A DNA stretch of 64,000 nucleotides from Bryobacterales bacterium UBA690. Lineage in GTDB: Bacteria; Acidobacteriota; Terriglobia; Bryobacterales; Bryobacteraceae. The notes beneath the pieces are model-generated. The model saw only the letters and a program-made list of their open reading frames with translations. It was not told the DNA's origin and searched no databases. Below are positions 28,109-37,081 of this stretch, piece after piece. Location: positions 60,027 to 124,026 of the forward strand of contig DBMU01000036.1 in assembly GCA_002298225.1 (NCBI GenBank), in the 5' to 3' direction. Each line of letters begins with the position of its first letter. Within the stretch, counting starts at the first letter, position 1. The position numbers and the translations under genes were made by a program.

Positions 28109-28923
28109 GCGACCTCCAGAAACTCCTTCACCTGCGCCTCCAATCCCGGCACGCAGATCACCCCATCTCCCCCATAAATCGTGTCCACGCCCTTGTAGTC
28201 AAAGAAGCGGCACCCGGATTCTTTCGCGATCAGCGAAATCGCCGCCAGATCCCACGGCTTCAACGACGGTTCCATCCAGACCTCGGCGCTCCCTGCCGCC
28301 ACCATCATCGCGTCCAGCGCGCCGCCCAGACTCCGCTGCGACCAGAACTTCGACAAGTACGGCAGCACCTTCTCCGATCGCGGATACTCCAGCACGTGAT
28401 TGAGCTGATTCATGCACACCACCGCGCGCTGCGGATCGCTGATCGTCGAGCACCGGATCTGCGTCTCCACCATCCCCTCGACGCGCCATGCCCCTTCCCC
28501 GAGCACCGCCCAATACTGATTGTTCAGCGCCGGAAACGTCGCCACGCCCACTACAACCCTCTCCGCGTCCTCCAGCCCGATGAGGTTGCACCACAGCCGG
28601 TTCCCTCGCACGAAGTCCCGCGTCCCGTCGATCGGATCGATGATCCACCGCCGCCCGCTCGTTCCAACGCGGCTCGTGCCCTCTTCGCCGAGGAATCCGT
28701 CCGCCGGAAAAGCCTCGCTCAGCACCGCCACAATCAGCTTCTCGCTCTCGCGGTCCGCCACCGTCACCGGTGAATCGTCCGGCTTATCTTCCGCCGCAAC
28801 TCCCGTCCGGAAGTACCTCAATGCCAACTCACCTGCGCGCGAGGCCGCCGCCCGCGCCGCCTCCAGTTCTCTTTCGAAGGGCATGTCCAGTATTCTAAGC
28901 TGGATAAGAAGGACAGCAGCCAT
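28105..28923 (-). CDS. Inositol monophosphatase family protein
   Basis: DPIDGT and WIIDPIDGTRDFVRG motifs. Stop/start overlap with the downstream GH43-like gene. Probable start at 28884. Confidence 0.8.
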   Translation of the reverse strand: MAAVLLIQLRILDMPFERELEAARAAASRAGELALRYFRTGVAAEDKPDDSPVTVADRESEKLIVAVLSEAFPADGFLGEEGTSRVGTSGRRWIIDPIDGTRDFVRGNRLWCNLIGLEDAERVVVGVATFPALNNQYWAVLGEGAWRVEGMVETQIRCSTISDPQRAVVCMNQLNHVLEYPRSEKVLPYLSKFWSQRSLGGALDAMMVAAGSAEVWMEPSLKPWDLAAISLIAKESGCRFFDYKGVDTIYGGDGVICVPGLEAQVKEFLEVA

Positions 28924-28976
28924 CCAAGCCGAGGGGCTTCGCGCGTGCGGCGGCTGCCAAAGGAGATTCGCGATTC

Positions 28977-30791
28977 ATGGGCAAAATGGCGCCCGCGCTG
29001 ACGCCAGAGCGACGTACGATTTACCGCCTCCTCAAACAATCGGAGGCCACCTGGGGTACCGCTCCAGCACTTCACCAGCCCGATGGACAGGCCGGATATC
29101 GCACCTGGTCCTGGGTCGACTACCGCCAGATCGCCGAGGAAATCGCCGCCGGCCTGCGCACCCTTGATGTCTCGCACGGCGACATCGTCGGCCTCGCATC
29201 TGAAACCCGCGCCGAGTTCTATCTCGCCGACGTCGGAGTCATGACCAACGGCAGCATCGCCGCCGCAGTCTACACTTCCCTGCCCCCGGCTGACCAGGTC
29301 AAGACCCTCAAAGCCTGCGCGCCCAAAGCCGTCTTCGTCGAGAATCCCAAGATGCTCCGCGCTCTCGACGCAGCCGGCCTTCGCGACCTCGACATCCCCC
29401 GCATCCTCCTCGACGGCAGCACTGACGACGCCATCACGCTCGGCCGCCTCCTCGAACTCGGCCAGCATGCCATCACCGAGGATCCCCTCCTCCTCTCCCG
29501 CATCGAAGCCGGCGTGCAGCCGCACGACTACGCCATCCTCTACCTCACTTCCGGCGCCACGGGCGAGCCCAAGATGGGCCTCGTCACGCACAACGCCGTC
29601 TGCGCCAATTGCGAGTGCGGCCCGCCCGTGCTGCCCGTCAACGACGACGACTGCACCCTCGCCTTCCTCCCCTCCGCTCACATCACGCAGCGCATGGTGA
29701 TGGAGCTGCTCATGATCCGCATGGGCGTCCCCGTCTATTTCAGCGAAGGCCTCTCCAAAATGCCCTCCGAGCTGCGCACCGTGCGCCCGACGTTCTTCGT
29801 CGCGCCGCCGCGCGTCTGGGAGCGCGTCTACGCCAGCATCACCACAGAGATCCGCAAGAAACCCGCCGCCGTCCGCAAGCTCTTCTACCTCGGCCTCGGC
29901 GCAGGCTCGGAAGGCGCGCGCGCGCGCCAGCAGGGCAAGCAGCCCGCGCCCTGGATCACCTCCTCCCTGAAGTTCTTCGACAAGGTCGTCTTCCAGAAGA
30001 TCCGCCAGCGCCTCGGCGGGCGTATGCGCATCGCCGCCAGCGGCGCCGCTCCTCTCGGCAAAGACCTCGCCGAATTCTACGCCGCCATCGGCCTCCCGCT
30101 CATCGAAGGCTACGGCCTCACCGAAGGCGGCGTCGTCGCGCTCAATCCCATCGGGCGCCCGCGCCCCGGCTCCATCGGCAAACCCCTCCTCGGCGCCGAG
30201 CTCAAAATCGCCGACGACGGAGAACTCCTCATCCGCGGCGAAATGGTCTTCTCCGGCTACTTCCAGGATCCCGACGCGACCGCCGCAGTCCTCCGCGACG
30301 GCTGGCTCCACACCGGGGACCTCGCCGAAGTCGACGCCGACGGCTACTACTGGATCACCGGGCGCAAGAAGGAACTGATCGTCTCCTCCAACGGCAAGAA
30401 GATCTACCCCTCGCGCATCGAGAGCCTTTTCAAACTCGAGCCGCTCGTCAACCAGGTTCTCCTCATCGGTGACCGCCTCCCCTATGTCACCGCGCTCATC
30501 ACCATCAACGCGCCCGCCGCCGAACAGATCAAAGGCGTCGACGCCGGTGGAGGCCTCGCCGCCCTCGCCAGGAACGGCGCCGTGCAGTCCGAGATGAAGC
30601 GCATCGTGCAGCAGGTGAACCGCCAGCTCGCTCCCTTCGAGCAGATCCGCAAATTCCGAATCCTCGAACGCGACTTCTCCCTCGAAGCCGGCGAGCTCAC
30701 ACCCACCATGAAACTCCGCCGTTCGAAGGTGCTCGACAATTTCCGCGACGACATCAGCGAGCTCTACGTCGGCCGGGAAGATTTCGGATAA
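28977..30791 (+). CDS. Long-chain acyl-CoA synthetase (AMP-dependent synthetase/ligase)
   Basis: AMP-binding motif YLTSGATGEPKMG, later GYGLTE and adenylation core motifs. Confidence 0.8.
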   Translation: MGKMAPALTPERRTIYRLLKQSEATWGTAPALHQPDGQAGYRTWSWVDYRQIAEEIAAGLRTLDVSHGDIVGLASETRAEFYLADVGVMTNGSIAAAVYTSLPPADQVKTLKACAPKAVFVENPKMLRALDAAGLRDLDIPRILLDGSTDDAITLGRLLELGQHAITEDPLLLSRIEAGVQPHDYAILYLTSGATGEPKMGLVTHNAVCANCECGPPVLPVNDDDCTLAFLPSAHITQRMVMELLMIRMGVPVYFSEGLSKMPSELRTVRPTFFVAPPRVWERVYASITTEIRKKPAAVRKLFYLGLGAGSEGARARQQGKQPAPWITSSLKFFDKVVFQKIRQRLGGRMRIAASGAAPLGKDLAEFYAAIGLPLIEGYGLTEGGVVALNPIGRPRPGSIGKPLLGAELKIADDGELLIRGEMVFSGYFQDPDATAAVLRDGWLHTGDLAEVDADGYYWITGRKKELIVSSNGKKIYPSRIESLFKLEPLVNQVLLIGDRLPYVTALITINAPAAEQIKGVDAGGGLAALARNGAVQSEMKRIVQQVNRQLAPFEQIRKFRILERDFSLEAGELTPTMKLRRSKVLDNFRDDISELYVGREDFG

Positions 30792-31600
30792 TGCTGTACG
30801 CACTCTGGCTGCTCGCGGCGCCGTTGTTTCATTTCGAAGACGTCCGCCCCTGGCGATGGAGCGAGGGCCGCCAGGAGCGCATCCCTGCTCTCTCCGCCAG
30901 CCTCGACAATCAGAGCGGCGACGATTGGGCGGAAGCCCGCTTCCTTGTCCGCGTCAACTGCTCAAACGGCGGGACCCGTGAGTACAACATCCTGCTCCGC
31001 GATGTCCTGCTTGGCACGCAGAAAGTCGAAGTCACCGCCTTCGACTCCATCGGCGTCGTCGAAGCTTGCGAGGGCACTCCCGAAATCGACTTCGTCTCCG
31101 GCCGCAAGTACGACGACGACAAGCGCCCCTCCTACATCCTCCTCGGCTTCTCCATGCAGTACGGCGACGACGATCCCCCTTCCCTCCACCTCGAAGGCAT
31201 CCTCGATTACCGCCACCGCTCCGATTCCGATAGCGAAACCCATCCTCACTTCTGGCGCGACCACGGCCGCCGCTTCGAGCTTCCTTCAGTCCCGGGCGTA
31301 GCTTTCTACGGCTTCCGCGTCGAGCCGGGCACCCTCGGCCTCTCAGGCTTCCTCCTCAACCGCGACCCCGCCTCCACAGGCCCCCTCTCCCGCTTCCTGC
31401 GCTTCTACTCCATCCCGCCCGGCAAGGTCGCTTACCTGGGGATCTTCCACGTCCAGCGCGGCCCCGGCCAGCTCAGCAGCGTCACTCAGGAGGCTGGAGA
31501 CCAGGTCCTCAACGACCTCCCCGTGCTTGATGCCCGCCCCGTCATCCGGTCATCCCCCGTTCGCCCCGGCACTACCTCCAGCCTGACGCTGGGCCGCTGA
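30791..31600 (+). CDS. Hypothetical secreted protein, translationally coupled to the acyl-CoA synthetase gene
   Basis: TAATG overlap. Hydrophobic N-terminus MLYALWLLAAPLF. No known motif. Confidence 0.45.
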   Translation: MLYALWLLAAPLFHFEDVRPWRWSEGRQERIPALSASLDNQSGDDWAEARFLVRVNCSNGGTREYNILLRDVLLGTQKVEVTAFDSIGVVEACEGTPEIDFVSGRKYDDDKRPSYILLGFSMQYGDDDPPSLHLEGILDYRHRSDSDSETHPHFWRDHGRRFELPSVPGVAFYGFRVEPGTLGLSGFLLNRDPASTGPLSRFLRFYSIPPGKVAYLGIFHVQRGPGQLSSVTQEAGDQVLNDLPVLDARPVIRSSPVRPGTTSSLTLGR

Positions 31601-31787
31601 CTCGCAGGTTTGTGCCCCCATAAATCCGTACCAAATTGTAGTCAAAAATAAATACTTCTTCATCGCCAAATCTGCGCTTGCAGCTCCGGCAAAATCACTG
31701 TTAGGATTAGTTCATCTAACGAGGGTGTGGCCATCGAGCCCACCCCAAAGTCCTGTAGAATCTTTCACTTTCATTCGGAGGCCGAAC

Positions 31788-32003
31788 GTGAGAAATTCCG
31801 CTCTCATCCTGAGTTTGCTTGGGTCATCGCTCTTTGGGGCCCAATCATCGATGGGGACTCTTCCGCCTGGTAGCTCAATCCCGATTACAACACAACAAGT
31901 TCACGCACAGACCATGTCTTCTGAGGATTTCCCGTTCGGCCTCCTTGCTTTGGCCTTCGCCGGATTTTTGATCGGCGCTCCACGGCGTCACCGCAATCCG
32001 TGA
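31788..32003 (+). CDS. Microprotein (about 71 aa) with signal peptide and PEP-CTERM-like C-terminal sorting signal
   Basis: GGAGG RBS 7 nt before GTG. Signal peptide MRNSALILSLLGSSLFGAQS. C-terminus DFPFGLLALAFAGFLIGAPRRHRNP is a motif + hydrophobic helix + Arg-rich tail. Preceded by an AT-rich promoter-like region and followed by a hairpin. Confidence 0.35.
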   Translation: MRNSALILSLLGSSLFGAQSSMGTLPPGSSIPITTQQVHAQTMSSEDFPFGLLALAFAGFLIGAPRRHRNP

Positions 32004-32019
32004 CCACCTCCCGTTAGGG

Positions 32020-32072
32020 CAGGAGCACTCCCCGCTCCTGCTCTGGCCGGAGGGAGTGTTTACTCCGGCCTC
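32020..32072. terminator. Two adjacent hairpins between the PEP-CTERM-like ORF and the convergent sialidase-like gene
   Basis: GCAGGAGC-actcccc-GCTCCTGC, then GGCCGGAG-ggagtgttta-CTCCGGCC. Confidence 0.35.
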
Positions 32073-33010
32073 ACCTTCCCAAAGTAAATCGACGTCTTGC
32101 CCTCGTGCGTGGAGTAATAGCTGACCCAGAGCACGCCTTCGCGCAATGCCAGTCCGGGATAGCTTGTGTCACCACCCGATGGGAGTGTTGCGAATTCCCG
32201 TATTCCCTCTTTCTGCACCCAGAACAGCGACGTTCGCGCCTTGCCGTCGTAGAGTCGTCCGGCGCCCAGTAGCCGCCCGTCCGGCAGCCGCAACAGCACA
32301 GGTCCACCGATCCTTGTCCCCAGGTCCATCATGTCCCATCGCTGATAGGGCGCTTCGCCCTGAATGAGCACCGCACTGTTCGGCTCGCCATCGCGACGGA
32401 GCAGAATCGTGAGGCGCCCCTTCTCTGCCAGCACCCCCGTTTCATTCGCATACCCCGAGGGACTGATCCAACCCCGCACCCGCTCAAAGGTCTTGCCATC
32501 CGGGCTTCGGTACAGCCGCGTGTCCTTCTTCTGTCCCGATGTGTCATACCCGATCCCCCACGCCGTCCCGCCATCCCACACGACGCGCCACAACCAGTAA
32601 TCGGGCTCGCCGATCGCCACCGCCTCACCCCACTCCACACCGTCCTTCGAGAACCACGCGTAAGTCTGGTGATGGGCCGGCACGCCTGGCCTGAATGCCG
32701 CCGCGGCAATCAGCATCATCTCGCCGGCAGGCGTCACCGATACCTTCGGGTCGCGCAGGTCCCCCGCCTCGCTGCGCACCAGCGCGGCGCTGCTCCATGC
32801 CGCGCCGTCCTTCGACCGCAACACGCGGACCGCCCCGTCCGCCGAGACGTGCTTCTCCCCTTCCCGGAACACGCACCAGAACTCACCCTTGTGCCAGACC
32901 AGATCCGTAAACGCGTTGTGCGGTGCCGCATCCCAGATCTTCTTCGACTCCAGCACCTCTCCGCGGCACGCCAGCGCCGCCAGCAACCCGGCCAACCATA
33001 CCCTTTTCAA
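32060..33010 (-). CDS. BNR/Asp-box repeat glycosidase (sialidase-like beta-propeller), secreted
   Basis: Asp-boxes SKDGAAW, SKDGVEW, SPDGKTF. AGGAGG RBS before TTG. Signal peptide MKRVWLAGLLAALA. Confidence 0.55.
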   Translation of the reverse strand: MKRVWLAGLLAALACRGEVLESKKIWDAAPHNAFTDLVWHKGEFWCVFREGEKHVSADGAVRVLRSKDGAAWSSAALVRSEAGDLRDPKVSVTPAGEMMLIAAAAFRPGVPAHHQTYAWFSKDGVEWGEAVAIGEPDYWLWRVVWDGGTAWGIGYDTSGQKKDTRLYRSPDGKTFERVRGWISPSGYANETGVLAEKGRLTILLRRDGEPNSAVLIQGEAPYQRWDMMDLGTRIGGPVLLRLPDGRLLGAGRLYDGKARTSLFWVQKEGIREFATLPSGGDTSYPGLALREGVLWVSYYSTHEGKTSIYFGKVRPE

Positions 33011-33111
33011 TCGACATTCACCTCCTATATACTCTTTTCGTACCTTCTGGTATGGCAACACCTGCTTAGGATATCTTGGAAGGTTCACCGCAGTTCAGAG
33101 GGAATCACTAC

Positions 33112-34566
33112 ATGTCTGTCAAAACCCCTATCACAGTCGCCAAGGGCGACGGTATCGGCCCGGAGATCATGAACGCCACGCTGCACATCCTGCTGGCAGC
33201 GGGCGCGCGCGTCGACATCGAAGAGATTGAGATCGGCGAGAAGGTCTATCTGCGCGGCAATTCCGCTGGGATCGAGAAGAGTTCCATTGAGAGCCTCCTC
33301 CGCACCAAGGTCTTCCTCAAGGCGCCCATCACCACACCGCAGGGCGGCGGCTTCAAGAGCCTCAACGTCACGACTCGCAAGCTGCTCGGCCTCTACGCCA
33401 ACGTGCGCCCCTGCGTCGCTTATGCGCCCTATGTGAAAACGAAGCACCCCGGCATGGACGTCGTCATCGTCCGCGAAAACGAAGAGGACCTCTACGCCGG
33501 CGTCGAGTACCAGCAGACTCCCGACGAAACCACGTCCATCAAGATCATCACCCGCGCCGGCACCGAGCGCATCGTCCGCTACGCCTTCGACTACGCCCGC
33601 CGCAACAACCGCAAGAAGGTCACCTGCTTCATGAAGGACAACATCATGAAGATCACCGATGGCCTCTTCCACAAGGTGTTCGATGAAATCGGCGTCCTCT
33701 ACCCCGACATCGAGAAGGAAGCCTGGATCGTCGACATCGGCGCTGCCAAGCTCGCCGACACGCCCGAGGCTTTCGACGTCATCGTCATGCCGAACCTCTA
33801 CGGTGATATCCTCTCCGACGTGGCCGCGCAGATCGCGGGCTCGGTCGGCCTCGCCGGCTCCGCCAACATCGGCCTGAAGTACGCGATGTTCGAAGCCATC
33901 CACGGCTCCGCACCTCGCCGCGCGAATCAGAATCTCGCCAACCCGTCCGGCCTGCTGCTCGGCGCCGTGATGATGCTCGTCCACATCGATCAGCCCGATG
34001 TCGCCGCGCTGGTCCACAACGCCTGGCTGCGCACCATCGAAGATGGAATCCACACCTACGACATCTTCAAGGAAGGCATCAGCACGCAGAAGGTGGGCAC
34101 CAAGGAGTTCGCGGAAGCTGTCGCCGCGCGCGTCGGCAAGAATCCCGAGAAGCTCAAGCCCGTCTCCTACAACGCCGCGCCGAAGCAGACTGTCGACTCC
34201 CACACCGTCGCGGAAGTCTCTACCAAGCAGCGCGACCTCGTCGGCATCGACGTCTTCGTCTATCACGAGCCTGGCGATCCCAACAAGGTCGGCAGAATGC
34301 TCGAAGCTGTCAACGGCGACGGTCTCAAGCTCTCCGTTGTCTCCAGCCGCGGCGTAAAGGTTTATCCCGATCCGCTGCCTGACACCATCACGTCGGACTC
34401 CTGGCGCTGCCGTTTCATCAGCTCGACCGATAACGCCGTCGTGACCCCTCAGCAGTTGCTGTCGTTGTTGAACCGCGTCGCTGCCGCCGGCATCGCCTGG
34501 GGCAAGACCGAGCACCTCTACAACTTCGACGGCAAGCCCGGCTTCTCCGCCATCCAGGGACAGTAA
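33112..34566 (+). CDS. icd: Isocitrate dehydrogenase (isocitrate/isopropylmalate dehydrogenase family) with about 90-aa C-terminal extension
   Basis: NLYGDILSD signature, GSAPRRA, conserved N-terminal ITVAKGDGIGPEI. Longer than typical dimeric IDH. Confidence 0.75.
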   Translation: MSVKTPITVAKGDGIGPEIMNATLHILLAAGARVDIEEIEIGEKVYLRGNSAGIEKSSIESLLRTKVFLKAPITTPQGGGFKSLNVTTRKLLGLYANVRPCVAYAPYVKTKHPGMDVVIVRENEEDLYAGVEYQQTPDETTSIKIITRAGTERIVRYAFDYARRNNRKKVTCFMKDNIMKITDGLFHKVFDEIGVLYPDIEKEAWIVDIGAAKLADTPEAFDVIVMPNLYGDILSDVAAQIAGSVGLAGSANIGLKYAMFEAIHGSAPRRANQNLANPSGLLLGAVMMLVHIDQPDVAALVHNAWLRTIEDGIHTYDIFKEGISTQKVGTKEFAEAVAARVGKNPEKLKPVSYNAAPKQTVDSHTVAEVSTKQRDLVGIDVFVYHEPGDPNKVGRMLEAVNGDGLKLSVVSSRGVKVYPDPLPDTITSDSWRCRFISSTDNAVVTPQQLLSLLNRVAAAGIAWGKTEHLYNFDGKPGFSAIQGQ

Positions 34567-34625
34567 GTCCCACGTCATGCCCCCCGGCGCAAGCCGGGGG
34601 TTCGTGCGGCTCCGCTATCCTATTC

Positions 34626-35117
34626 TTGATGACTCCACAACCCCTCATCGCCGTGATCATGGGCTCCAAATCCGACTGGGAAACCATGAAACACGCCTGC
34701 GACACGCTCGATCAGTTCGGCGTCGCCTACGAAAAGAAGGTGACCTCCGCCCACCGCACCCCCGAGCACGCCGCGGAGTTCTCCAGGACCGCCCGCGACC
34801 GCGGCCTGAAAGCGATCATCGCCGCCGCCGGCGGAGCCGCCCATCTCGCCGGAGTCGTCTCCGCGCACACCACGCTTCCCGTGCTCGGCGTCCCCATGAA
34901 AGGCTGGGCTCTCGACGGCCTCGACTCCCTCCTCTCCACTGTTCAGATGCCCGGCGGCATCCCCGTCGCGACCTTCGCCATCGGCAAAGCCGGAGCTATC
35001 AACGCCGCGCTGTTCGCCGTCTCCATGCTGGCGCTTGAGAACAAGGATCTCGCCAGGAAACTCGACGACTTTCGCAAAGCGCAGTCCGAAAAGATCCTCG
35101 GCGAATCCCTGCCCTAA
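34626..35117 (+). CDS. purE: 5-(carboxyamino)imidazole ribonucleotide mutase
   Basis: IAVIMGSKSDW ... AAGGAAHLAGVV ... PVLGVP motifs. Confidence 0.85.
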   Translation: MMTPQPLIAVIMGSKSDWETMKHACDTLDQFGVAYEKKVTSAHRTPEHAAEFSRTARDRGLKAIIAAAGGAAHLAGVVSAHTTLPVLGVPMKGWALDGLDSLLSTVQMPGGIPVATFAIGKAGAINAALFAVSMLALENKDLARKLDDFRKAQSEKILGESLP

Positions 35118-36322
35118 TGTCCGCGCCTCGCATTCTCGTTGTCGGCGGAGGCGCTGTCGGTCTCGCCTCCGCTTACCGCATCCTCCAGCGCTTCCCCGGC
35201 GCGCGTCTCACTCTCCTCGAAAAAGAACCCAGGGTCGGCCAGCACCAGACCGGCAACAACTCAGGCGTGATGCACTGCGGGCTCGCCTACCGCCCCGGCA
35301 CCGCAAAAGCGCGCCTCGCCGTCCGCGGCATCCGCCAGCTCACTGAGTTCTGCATCGAGAAGAACATCCGCCACGACGTCTGCGGCAAGCTCGTCGTCGC
35401 CACACAGCCCGGGCAACTCGCCCGCCTCCAGAATCTCTACGAGCGCGGCACGGCCAACGGCCTTAAGTGCCTTGAGCTCCTCGATCCGCCGCGGATGAAA
35501 GAGTTCGAGCCACACGCCGGCGGCATCAGGGCGTTGCGGGTTCCCGAAGAAGGCATCGTCGATTACCCCGCTGTCTGCGAAACCCTCGCGCGGGCAATCG
35601 AATCGCTCGGCGGCAAAGTCGTCTGCGGCGCGGGTGTCACCGGTCTCGATCTCCGCGGCGGCGAATGGCTAGCCGAAACAACACAGGGCGAATTTGTTTC
35701 AGACTTCGTCGTGACCTGTGCGGGCCTCCAGGCCGACCGCGTCGCCCGTCTCGCCGGTGAGCATCCCGAGGTCCGCATCGTCCCCTTCCGCGGCGACTAC
35801 TACCAGCTCAAACCCGGCCGCGAACATTTAGTGCGCAATTTGATTTATCCCGTCGCCGACCCCAAATTCCCCTTCCTCGGCGTCCACTTCACCCGCATGA
35901 TCGCCGGCGGCATCGAAGCCGGCCCCAACGCAGTCCTCGCGCTGAAGCGCGAAGGCTACACCCGCACGTCTTTCAATCTGAAGGATGCCGCCGACGCACT
36001 CACCTTTCCCGGCCTCTGGCGCTTCATCGGCAAACACTTCCGCATGTGCGTCAGCGAACTGGAGCGCGCATTTTCGAAGCAGCTCTTCTGCCAGTCCCTC
36101 CAGACCCTGGTCCCCGAGGTGCAGCCTGATGACCTGATCGCAGCCGGCGCCGGCGTCCGTGCCCAGGCCATGAAGCCCGACGGCTCGCTCGTCGAGGACT
36201 TCGACATCATCGCCCGCCCCCGCGCCGTCCACGTCCTCAACGCTCCCAGCCCCGCCGCCACTGCCTGCCTCGCCATCGGCGAAGAAGTCGCCGCCCAACT
36301 CTCCCCCGCGCTTGAAGCCTGA
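35117..36322 (+). CDS. lhgO: L-2-hydroxyglutarate oxidase/dehydrogenase (FAD-dependent)
   Basis: FAD dinucleotide fold VVGGGAVGLASA. LhgO-like QHQTGNNSGVMHCGLAYRPG. Confidence 0.75.
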   Translation: MSAPRILVVGGGAVGLASAYRILQRFPGARLTLLEKEPRVGQHQTGNNSGVMHCGLAYRPGTAKARLAVRGIRQLTEFCIEKNIRHDVCGKLVVATQPGQLARLQNLYERGTANGLKCLELLDPPRMKEFEPHAGGIRALRVPEEGIVDYPAVCETLARAIESLGGKVVCGAGVTGLDLRGGEWLAETTQGEFVSDFVVTCAGLQADRVARLAGEHPEVRIVPFRGDYYQLKPGREHLVRNLIYPVADPKFPFLGVHFTRMIAGGIEAGPNAVLALKREGYTRTSFNLKDAADALTFPGLWRFIGKHFRMCVSELERAFSKQLFCQSLQTLVPEVQPDDLIAAGAGVRAQAMKPDGSLVEDFDIIARPRAVHVLNAPSPAATACLAIGEEVAAQLSPALEA

Positions 36323-36395
36323 CCCGCTCAGTTGTAAGTCGCGTTTGGATCCAGCGAGTCTTCAGCGGAGCGGGTGTAACGGGCTGGAGCGAGTG
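36322..36395. repeat. REP-like intergenic element, copy B
   Basis: ACCCGCTC ... AGTTGTAA ... GAGCGGGTGTAACGGGCTGGAGC. Located between lhgO and the convergent DUF2007 gene. Confidence 0.55.
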
Positions 36396-36416
36396 TTCGA
36401 TAATTAGGCAGGCTCT

Positions 36417-36704
36417 TCAGTCCCGCTCCGCCGCATCATCCGGCGCTTCGAAAACTCCCGCCTCCGCCGCCAGTTCCTCGTCCGACACCTGCACCGATAG
36501 CAACTCCTGCGCCCGAGCCAGCGACGAGGCCGGCACCATCAACCTGCACCCACCCGTCGCCAGTCCCCACAATGGCTGCACATTCATAATGTGCTCGTCT
36601 CGCAGAAATGTCTGAATCCCCTCGGACTCCAGCAGCGACTGCGCCAACTTCGCTTCGTGCGGATACAGGAACGCCGCAACCATCACGAGCTCGTCATCAG
36701 CCAT
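36417..36704 (-). CDS. DUF2007-like small protein
   Basis: 95 aa, pattern VMVAAFLYPHEAKLAQSLLESEGIQTFLRDEH. Downstream member of the hpnH transcription unit. Confidence 0.45.
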   Translation of the reverse strand: MADDELVMVAAFLYPHEAKLAQSLLESEGIQTFLRDEHIMNVQPLWGLATGGCRLMVPASSLARAQELLSVQVSDEELAAEAGVFEAPDDAAERD

Positions 36705-36718
36705 GTACGACCTCTATC

Positions 36719-37081
36719 TCAGTCCAGGCTCTCCGGCTTCAGTTCGATCCCCGTCTCGCCCGCCGCCCTCTTCTCCACGTACTTCTTCACCCACGCTTCC
36801 CAGCTCTTGCCGGCCGCCGTGTCGCGGCCCGTGAATTCCAGCCCCACGATGTCTGCGTACGACACCGGCACGCGCTCGCGCCTGTCCTTGGGAATGATCC
36901 GGACCACTGACTCCGCCAGCGACCTGCCGCTCCGCCGGTCGAAAATGTAGCCCTCGATCCGCGTCCCGTTCCGCAGCGTCAGCATCACATCGCCGCGATA
37001 ATCGAACGCCCGCTCCAGCATTTCACGCAGCTCGTCTTCAGTCGCCGCCGCCCACGTTTCACCCTGCTTCGCTTCTTTCAT
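36719..37081 (-). CDS. Hypothetical protein co-transcribed with hpnH
   Basis: ATGA overlap with the hpnH stop. 120 aa. Coding-like composition. Confidence 0.45.
   Translation of the reverse strand: MKEAKQGETWAAATEDELREMLERAFDYRGDVMLTLRNGTRIEGYIFDRRSGRSLAESVVRIIPKDRRERVPVSYADIVGLEFTGRDTAAGKSWEAWVKKYVEKRAAGETGIELKPESLD

Noticed and set aside
26122-28773. Multiple long Arg/Pro/His-rich ORFs (for example 26122-26748, 27254-28177, 27511-28773) overlapping the GH32, GH43-like and IMPase genes
   Set aside because: High-GC alternate-frame artefacts. The overlapping annotated frames carry diagnostic catalytic motifs.
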